Source: Candidatus Woesebacteria bacterium
GTDB lineage: Bacteria; Patescibacteriota; Microgenomatia; UBA1400; MFAQ01
Length of the DNA: 64,000 bases
Reading direction: 5' to 3'
Assembly: GCA_035389185.1 (NCBI GenBank)
Contig: DAOORK010000001.1
Coordinates: forward strand, 446,218 to 510,217
Below, in pieces: positions 57,890-64,000 of this stretch (the stretch's first letter is position 1; each line of letters opens with the position of its first letter). The notes below the pieces were generated by a model. The model saw nothing but the letters and a program-made list of their open reading frames with translations, made no database searches and was not told where the DNA came from. A program made the translations under genes and the position numbers.

Positions 57890-58608
57890 TCTTGAGCTAT
57901 TTGATTAACTAAATTGGCAACATAACGAACGAAGGGAATATTACGATCGTATTCCTGACGACTAGAACCGATGATGCCGAGACTTCCTCTGTGACCGCCG
58001 ATATTGATATCGGCAAAAACACAACTAGCAGGGCGGAGAAGTGTAATACCCATTTCATCACCCACCAATATATGAATAGGTGAGTTGTTACCGGCACGGT
58101 TAAAGATATCTAAGAGGCGTTGATTTTGGTCTAGGAGAAAAAAGATTTCTTTCGCTGTTTCAAAATCCTGGAATTCAATGTCGTTGAAAATATTGGCGTA
58201 ACCAGCGTGATACATCTGACCTTCATCGGTAGTTGCTACACAGAGAGCCTTGGTTCTTTCGGAGAGGACTTTGGTTGCTTCACGGAGAAGGTCGTCGGGG
58301 TTATAGCGATGATCCCAAACACGAGATTTGACGTTGACTTCTTCGGCTACAGAAAGATCTTTTTCTTTCATCAGTTCGTTGACATAGAACTTGATCGCCA
58401 TGGGAGTAGGAACACGACCAGCGGATGTGTGAGGCTGGCTAAGGAAACCCTTTTCCTCTAGAACGGCCATTTCGTTTCTGAGAGTTGCCGGGGAAACGCC
58501 CAGACGATATTTGTTTTCCAAAGAGACTGAACCGACCGGTTCGGCCGTTTCGGTAAACTCTTCAACAATCGTTTTTATGATTTGTATCTGTCTTTCAGTT
58601 AGATCCAT
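57883..58608 (-). CDS. hrcA: heat-inducible transcription repressor HrcA (short, 241 aa)
   Basis: N-terminal wHTH MDLTERQIQIIKTIVEEF...PVGS; heads the hrcA-grpE-dnaK-dnaJ operon; CIRCE upstream. Confidence 0.85.
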   Translation of the reverse strand: MDLTERQIQIIKTIVEEFTETAEPVGSVSLENKYRLGVSPATLRNEMAVLEEKGFLSQPHTSAGRVPTPMAIKFYVNELMKEKDLSVAEEVNVKSRVWDHRYNPDDLLREATKVLSERTKALCVATTDEGQMYHAGYANIFNDIEFQDFETAKEIFFLLDQNQRLLDIFNRAGNNSPIHILVGDEMGITLLRPASCVFADINIGGHRGSLGIIGSSRQEYDRNIPFVRYVANLVNQIAQEW

Positions 58609-58617
58609 AATCTTTTG

Positions 58618-58668
58618 TTATCACTCTCGTAATGAAAGTGCTTAGCAGTAATATAACATGAGTGATAA
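58618..58668. promoter_or_regulatory. two overlapping CIRCE-like operators (TTAtCACTC-N9-aAGTGCTtA and TTAGCAgTa-N9-GAGTGaTAA) overlapping a TTGACT-N17-TTATAT promoter for hrcA
   Basis: CIRCE consensus TTAGCACTC-N9-GAGTGCTAA; outer arms 58618-58626 and 58660-58668 are perfect reverse complements; -35 (revcomp) 58674-58679, -10 58651-58656 on - strand. Confidence 0.7.
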
Positions 58669-58705
58669 ATGGGAGTCAAGTGAGTAAATGATGTAAAGTA
58701 AATCT

Positions 58706-60097
58706 ATGGCTACCAGAAGAGAAATGATTAAAGGATTGATACCGCTCTTTATTGGATTGGCAGTGATTGTTCTGGTCACAATAGCTATTCCAACAGCAAT
58801 TAGACTAACAGGAAAAGCTTCCGGGCAGGCAGCAAACTTGATTTTTAACTATGAAGGGATCTTGGGAAAAATGCCAACTCCATGGAAGAATCTGGCCCAA
58901 GGAGGAGAGGAGGCGAAAGATATGATAGCGAACGTGGTGCCTGAAGTTAAAGCCTTGCAACCTGCTTACATCAGAATAGATCATATTTACGACGCGTTTA
59001 AAGTTGTATCCGGTACGAGTGGTAACTTGAGCTATGACTGGAGCGGACTGGACAGAGCAGTGGACTCGATCCTGGCTACAGGAGCAAAACCGATGCTGTC
59101 ACTCTCATATATGCCAACGGCAATTTCAAAAGGAGACATGGTTTCGACTCCCCGTGACTGGAATGACTGGGGGCAGGTTGTTGGGGCGACGATCAAGCAT
59201 TTTAGCGGAAGAGACCAAAGAAACATTACCGGGGTAATTTATGAAGTATGGAACGAGCCGGATTTGTTTGGAGGATATAAGACATATGGCCAAACAAATT
59301 ATCTGGATATGTATGGAGTTTCGGCACGGGCGGCGATGAACATAACTAATGTTAATGACTTTGAGATTGGTGGACCAGCGACAACAGCGCTGTATCAAAA
59401 CTGGCTGGAAAATCTAATTAAATATGTAGATACCAATAAATTGAGAATGGATTTTTTGAGTTGGCACAGATATACAACAGACCTGACTCAGTTTGAAAAA
59501 GACGTGCAACAAGCAAGGAACTGGGCGGAAAAGATACCTGCCCTAACTAATCTTAAATACTACGTTACTGAGTGGGGTTTTAATAGTGAAAACGATAAAG
59601 GTTATGACGAAAAAAGCGGAGCAATTCACACCATTGCGGCGGCAAGAACAATGATGGGAGTGGTGGATAAAGCTTTTGTCTTTGAGATTAAAGATGGACC
59701 GGGAAATGAAAAATACTGGGGAAGATGGGGATTACTGACCAACGAGAAATTCGGAACACCGGAGAAGAAGCCAAGATATAATGCTCTTCTTTTTCTTAGT
59801 TCTTTATGGCCATATCGGATGAGTGTTTCTGGTGAGGGTTCATGGGTAAAAAGTATTGCCTCAAGCAATGATGACGGAAACCTAAAAATATTAGTAGTTA
59901 ACTATGACCCGACCGGAAAACATGCGGAGTCGGTGCCCATGACATTTGAGAACTTACCACAACAAACATTTACGATAACCAGACAGGACTTTATGGGAGA
60001 CAGCAGAAGTGTAAAAATAGCCACGGATAGTGCGACTTGGCAAACGAGAGAGTATTTTGAACCGAACTCGGCGGCGATGTTTACAGTGGAGTTTTAG
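58706..60097 (+). CDS. secreted/membrane-anchored glycoside hydrolase, clan GH-A (GH39/GH5-like)
   Basis: N-terminal signal anchor; catalytic acid/base WNEPD and nucleophile VTEWG motifs. Confidence 0.7.
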   Translation: MATRREMIKGLIPLFIGLAVIVLVTIAIPTAIRLTGKASGQAANLIFNYEGILGKMPTPWKNLAQGGEEAKDMIANVVPEVKALQPAYIRIDHIYDAFKVVSGTSGNLSYDWSGLDRAVDSILATGAKPMLSLSYMPTAISKGDMVSTPRDWNDWGQVVGATIKHFSGRDQRNITGVIYEVWNEPDLFGGYKTYGQTNYLDMYGVSARAAMNITNVNDFEIGGPATTALYQNWLENLIKYVDTNKLRMDFLSWHRYTTDLTQFEKDVQQARNWAEKIPALTNLKYYVTEWGFNSENDKGYDEKSGAIHTIAAARTMMGVVDKAFVFEIKDGPGNEKYWGRWGLLTNEKFGTPEKKPRYNALLFLSSLWPYRMSVSGEGSWVKSIASSNDDGNLKILVVNYDPTGKHAESVPMTFENLPQQTFTITRQDFMGDSRSVKIATDSATWQTREYFEPNSAAMFTVEF

Positions 60098-61863
60098 GCT
60101 TTGACAACGGCGAGGAAGGCACTCTGTGGAAGCTGGACTTTGCCAAATTGCTTCATGCGTGCTTTGCCCTTTTTCTGTTTGTTGAGGAGCTTGAGGTTAC
60201 GAGTGAAATCACCGCCGTGGAGCTTGGCGTCGACGTCTTTTCTATAGGCAGTGATCGTTTCACGAGCGATAATTTGACCACCTATCGCCACCTGAATTGG
60301 AATCTCGAATTGCTGACGCGGAATAGCTTCCTTGAGCTTGGCGGCAATGGCTTTGGCTTTGAAGCTGGATTTCTCTTTGACGGTGATAATGCTCATAGGG
60401 GTAAAGACTTCGTGGTTAAGAAGTACATCCAAACGGACCAGCTCGGCTTTTTGCCAGCCGGAAAGTTCATAGTCTAGGGAAGCAAATCCCTGTGAGACAC
60501 TCTTGAGGCTATCATGAAGAGCGGTGATGACCTCGATGAGAGGTAACGAGTAATCAATCTCAACTAATTGATCAAGATATGAAACGTCGATCATACTGCC
60601 ACGAAGATCTTGGCAAAGCTGCATGACAGCCCCGACATACTGATCTGTAACGACAATTTTGACATTGGCCAGAGGCTCGAATCCTTCGGCAATAATAGCG
60701 GGGTCAGGGAAATCGGCTGCTGAGCTAAAAATTTTCTCGGTACCGTTACGAAGTTTTACTTTGTATTCAACGGAAGGAGAAACAGCGATAACAGGAAGAC
60801 CAAATTCACGATCCAGTCTTTCGCCTACAACTTCGGAGTGAAGGAGCCCCAAGAATCCTACCTTAACACCCTGACCTAGTATGGGTGAGTTGATTCCTTG
60901 GGTAGTGAGAGCGGAGTCGTTGAGTTTGAGTTTCTCGAGGGCATCGACTAGATCACGATACTGAGAACCGTCGGCCGGATACATATCTAGATATACATTG
61001 GGGTGGATGTGTCTGAAACCGGGTAAGGGGGAGACTTCTTTACTTTGGGAAGCTAAACAAAGGGTATCTCCGACCAAGATACGTCTGATGTCTTTGAGAC
61101 CGGTGATAATGTAACCGACGTTGCCGGCAGTAATAGTTTCTTTTTCTTGTCTTTGGGGTGAGAAAACACCAATTTCGGAAGCTGCTAGAGTCTGACCAGA
61201 GTTTAAAAATCCAAGTTTGTCCCCTTTTTGGAGATTGCCGGAGATGACTCTGACGAAAGCGATAACACCCAGATGAGTATCAAAAACAGAGTTAAAAACA
61301 AGAGCCTGAAGCGGTTTGTCCTCAATTTTGGGAGCAGGTAAATCGGAGATGACTTTATCCAAAAGTTCGGCGACACCTTCACCGGTTTTGGCTGAGACCA
61401 TAAATGGTTCTTGGGTAATGTTGAGAAGTTGCTTGATCTGACGGGCAGAAGCGGCAATATCAGCGAGAGGAGCATCGATCTTGTTGATTACCGGAACGAT
61501 GGTAAGACCAAGATTCTTGGCAAGCCTGAGGTTGGCCACGGTTTGGGCCTGAACACCTTTGGTAGCGTCAACAAGGAGGATGGCCCCATCGCAGGCTTCC
61601 AAGGCGCGCTCAACTTCGTAATTAAAATCCACATGACCCGGGGTATCAATAAGATTAAGGGTGTGTCCTTTGTAGTTCATGGTGACCGGAGCCAGTTTGA
61701 TGGTGATTCCCCTTTCGCGTTCGATGGGATTACTATCAAGAAGCTGGGCCACCATTTTGTCTTTTTGGACTGTGCCGGTGATTTCCAGCATACGATCCGC
61801 CAGAGTGGATTTACCAGCGTCGATATGAGCAATGATAGAAAAGTTGCGAATTTTGTTTTCCAT
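60094..61863 (-). CDS. lepA: elongation factor 4 (LepA)
   Basis: [23 protein letters not shown]; LepA-specific C-terminal domain; 589 aa. Confidence 0.95.
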   Translation of the reverse strand: MENKIRNFSIIAHIDAGKSTLADRMLEITGTVQKDKMVAQLLDSNPIERERGITIKLAPVTMNYKGHTLNLIDTPGHVDFNYEVERALEACDGAILLVDATKGVQAQTVANLRLAKNLGLTIVPVINKIDAPLADIAASARQIKQLLNITQEPFMVSAKTGEGVAELLDKVISDLPAPKIEDKPLQALVFNSVFDTHLGVIAFVRVISGNLQKGDKLGFLNSGQTLAASEIGVFSPQRQEKETITAGNVGYIITGLKDIRRILVGDTLCLASQSKEVSPLPGFRHIHPNVYLDMYPADGSQYRDLVDALEKLKLNDSALTTQGINSPILGQGVKVGFLGLLHSEVVGERLDREFGLPVIAVSPSVEYKVKLRNGTEKIFSSAADFPDPAIIAEGFEPLANVKIVVTDQYVGAVMQLCQDLRGSMIDVSYLDQLVEIDYSLPLIEVITALHDSLKSVSQGFASLDYELSGWQKAELVRLDVLLNHEVFTPMSIITVKEKSSFKAKAIAAKLKEAIPRQQFEIPIQVAIGGQIIARETITAYRKDVDAKLHGGDFTRNLKLLNKQKKGKARMKQFGKVQLPQSAFLAVVKA

Positions 61864-61869
61864 AAAGGA

Positions 61870-63513
61870 CTAGTTGGCAACAGGAGCCTCGATGACCTCG
61901 TCGGTTTCTCCGAGAACTTTGCGCCAGTTGCCTAGTTTACCAAAGAGTGTCTTAACATCATCGAGCTGTTTGACTCTAAGAAGAGAAGATAAACCATAGT
62001 AAACACCAAAACCAATAAGGCTGACAATGGCCGTAAGAACTAACAAAGGCACTGTACGGGTAGTGTCAAAAACAAACGTATCTAATAATCTCATAGGAAC
62101 CCAAAGGGCAAAGGCGGTTAAAACACTAACAAAGAACATTTTAAAGATTTCTTTGGTAAGACCCATGCTGGGAATACGAGAACGAATAACAAGATAAAGA
62201 ATAATGAAATTAAGGGCGTTGCAAAGACTCATGGCCAGAGACATACCTAAAACTCCCAGGGAAAGGCTGTTGGTAAAGAGATAAGAAGTGATGATAAAGA
62301 GAACTATGGTGGCAATATTGATAATGAGAGGGGTTTTGGTATCTTTTTTGGCGTAAAAGGCACGAGTGAGAACCTGAACTGCGGCTTGAGGAGCAATAGA
62401 GAGAGAAAAAACGGCCAGGGCTTTACCGGTAAGCAATGTGGCTTCCCAAGGAAAGTTTTTGGCACCAAAAACAATACGCACAATAGGAATTCTGAGTATC
62501 AGCATTAAAACAGAAGTAAGGAAACAGAAAAAGAACAGTTGGAGAATCGTTTTGCCTAGAGTGCTGGCAAATTTTGTTTGATCTTTACTGAGAGCTTCTT
62601 CAGATAGAGTGGGAAAGGAAGCCTGGCCAAGAGAGACGCCAAAAAGAGAAATTGGCAAGACATAGACCTGACGAGCAAAATTAAAGATGGTAAACGAACC
62701 GGCGGAGAGAGCAGAGGCTAGATTGAGAGAGACGATGCGTTCAACCTGAATCAGAGCCAAGGAAAGAGTGCGAGGGGGCATAAGGCGCAACATACGAATC
62801 ACTCCCCGATGTCGACGAAAACGAATTTTGGGGTAGTAATGAAGACTCAGTGAAGGAGGTATCTGCACAAGCATATGAAGAAGGGAGCCAAAAATCACAC
62901 CGATGGCAGCTGCATAGATACCAAGATAAGGAGTGAGAATGAGAATACCCAGAATGGTCCCCAGATTGTAAAAAAGTGGAGCAATGGCAGGAATTAAAAA
63001 GCGTTGCTGAGCCTGAAGAATACCGGTAAGGAAAGAGGATAGGGTAAAAAATATCTGAGCAATCGACATGAGCCGGATCAGATCGACCATGAGATCAAGC
63101 TGGGCGCCGGTGTAGTGAGAAATTAACTGGCTAAGGGGTTTGGCAAAGATGGCGATGAGGATGGAAATTATTAATAGGATAGAGGTGACCCAAGTAAGAG
63201 CAACGTTGGCCATAAAGTTGGCTTTTTTGACGGATTTTTTGAGATAACTCTGGTAAATCGGAATAAAAGCGGCGGAAACTGCACCAACGACAAAAAGCTG
63301 AAAAACGGTGTCCGGAATAATAAAGGCGGCAAAGTAAGCGTCGAGATTCCCTTCGAGTCCACCAAAAAAACGAGCTGCTAATAGACGATTCCTAATGAGC
63401 CCCAAAAAGGCCGACAGCAAAAATGAGGCCGCTATGATCGTTGCGGCAGAAAGAATACTAGAACTTTTACGGTTAAGTAACTCTTGTGATCGTGAAAATA
63501 TTTTTTGAACCAC
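61870..63513 (-). CDS. murJ: lipid II flippase MurJ (MviN family)
   Basis: about 14 TM helices, MurJ N-terminal signature (AATIIAASFLLSAFLGLIRNRLLAARFG). Confidence 0.88.
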   Translation of the reverse strand: MVQKIFSRSQELLNRKSSSILSAATIIAASFLLSAFLGLIRNRLLAARFFGGLEGNLDAYFAAFIIPDTVFQLFVVGAVSAAFIPIYQSYLKKSVKKANFMANVALTWVTSILLIISILIAIFAKPLSQLISHYTGAQLDLMVDLIRLMSIAQIFFTLSSFLTGILQAQQRFLIPAIAPLFYNLGTILGILILTPYLGIYAAAIGVIFGSLLHMLVQIPPSLSLHYYPKIRFRRHRGVIRMLRLMPPRTLSLALIQVERIVSLNLASALSAGSFTIFNFARQVYVLPISLFGVSLGQASFPTLSEEALSKDQTKFASTLGKTILQLFFFCFLTSVLMLILRIPIVRIVFGAKNFPWEATLLTGKALAVFSLSIAPQAAVQVLTRAFYAKKDTKTPLIINIATIVLFIITSYLFTNSLSLGVLGMSLAMSLCNALNFIILYLVIRSRIPSMGLTKEIFKMFFVSVLTAFALWVPMRLLDTFVFDTTRTVPLLVLTAIVSLIGFGVYYGLSSLLRVKQLDDVKTLFGKLGNWRKVLGETDEVIEAPVAN

Positions 63514-63543
63514 TGTAAAGTGATTTTAATTCAAGATGATGAC

Positions 63544-63571
63544 TTGCGCTAGGTGGAGCTCGTGGTAAAAT
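63544..63571 (+). promoter_or_regulatory. candidate promoter TTGCGC-N16-TAAAAT giving a leaderless rpsT mRNA
   Basis: -10 hexamer ends 6 nt before the ATG at 63578; no room for an SD. Confidence 0.4.
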
Positions 63572-63577
63572 TAGCGC

Positions 63578-63814
63578 ATGCCAATAACCAAATCAGCAAT
63601 AAAAAAACTTCGATCCGACAAAAAGAAGGCAGTTTTCAACAAGTCTTCGAAAACAAAAGCCAAGTCAGCAATTGACGCTTTCAAAAAAGCGTTGACCTCG
63701 GAAAATCTTTCCAAGGCGTTTTCTATGGTGGACAAAGCCGCCAAAAAAGGCGTCATTAAAAAAGGTAAGGCGGATAGAATTAAGGCTCGTTTAGCCAAAA
63801 AAGTCACCCCCTAA
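63578..63814 (+). CDS. rpsT: 30S ribosomal protein S20 (bS20)
   Basis: MPITKSAIKKLRSDKKKAVFNKSSK; all-helical Lys/Ala-rich 78 aa. Confidence 0.92.
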   Translation: MPITKSAIKKLRSDKKKAVFNKSSKTKAKSAIDAFKKALTSENLSKAFSMVDKAAKKGVIKKGKADRIKARLAKKVTP

Positions 63815-64000
63815 CGTCGCTATTTTTTGATACACTGGAAGTGTGGCTATAAAGCGAGGTGTTTCTGGTATCAATTTACTACCTAAGGATAGTTTTGAAT
63901 TCTCAATCTTCGGGAAGATTTTAAAATGGGTAACAACCATAGGCAGAGTGTTGGTCGTTATGACCGAGTTCGTGGTGCTTTTGGCTTTTGGATCCAGATT

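Noticed and set aside
61411-61935. 174-aa plus-strand ORF
   Set aside because: Antisense to lepA and murJ; no SD; shadow ORF
1-64000. CRISPR arrays, rRNA and tRNA genes, IS elements/transposases, integrases
   Set aside because: No regularly spaced direct repeats, no rRNA-like conserved stretches, no obvious tRNA T-loop/acceptor signatures in the larger intergenic regions (44170-44410, 23330-23700, 31780-31915), and no transposase-like ORFs. tRNA absence is by eye only and would need tRNAscan-SE to confirm
1-64000. Alternative genetic code (UGA recoding, as in some CPR lineages)
   Set aside because: Long genes (rpoC 1236 aa, rpoB 1147 aa, ftsK, pnp) are uninterrupted under the standard code and end at conventional stops
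63926-64000. Partial plus-strand ORF at window end (MGNNHRQ... or alternative TM-like frame)
   Set aside because: Truncated by the window edge, frame ambiguous, weak SD; cannot be supported

Overview
This window reads as one contiguous chromosomal segment of a small-genome, roughly 45% GC bacterium, transcribed almost entirely on the minus strand. Several traits look like Candidate Phyla Radiation / Patescibacteria: IF-2 of only 467 aa, a cysteine-free type II DnaJ, an AlaRS of 613 aa, and Lys-rich extensions on several r-proteins. This is an inference from sequence only.

Gene content on the minus strand, running from high to low coordinate:
- murJ and lepA.
- hrcA-grpE-dnaK-dnaJ, with tandem CIRCE-like operators upstream of hrcA.
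- An unknown gene plus an HD hydrolase.
- nusA-infB-(degenerate DHH)-(small ORF)-rpsO-pnp.
- A Lon-like AAA+ ATPase with no protease domain.
- rnj-ftsK-(RodZ-like)-(DUF948/YtxH-like pair)-(two tandem micro membrane proteins).
- alaS-(large membrane protein + sortase)-ruvX-(Zn-ribbon ORF)-mltG.
- rpoB-rpoC, rpsL-rpsG, a small ORF and a DEAH helicase, then fusA-tuf.
- The complete S10-spc-alpha r-protein superoperon (rpsJ to rplQ), then rplM-rpsI.

Plus-strand genes are rpsT, a GH clan A glycoside hydrolase, nrdR, and one small acidic ORF.

The most unusual signal is a set of small, acidic, lineage-specific ORFs at otherwise conserved operon junctions: after rpsI, between map and infA, and a paralogous tandem pair between rplO and secY. 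Each has a canonical AGGAGG Shine-Dalgarno and its own GC-hairpin terminator, and several terminators share a CCCCGGG-centred motif. These ORFs loosely share an N-terminal aromatic-Trp ... Asp-Gly motif.

I found no rRNA, tRNA, CRISPR array or obvious transposase, and no evidence of stop-codon recoding.
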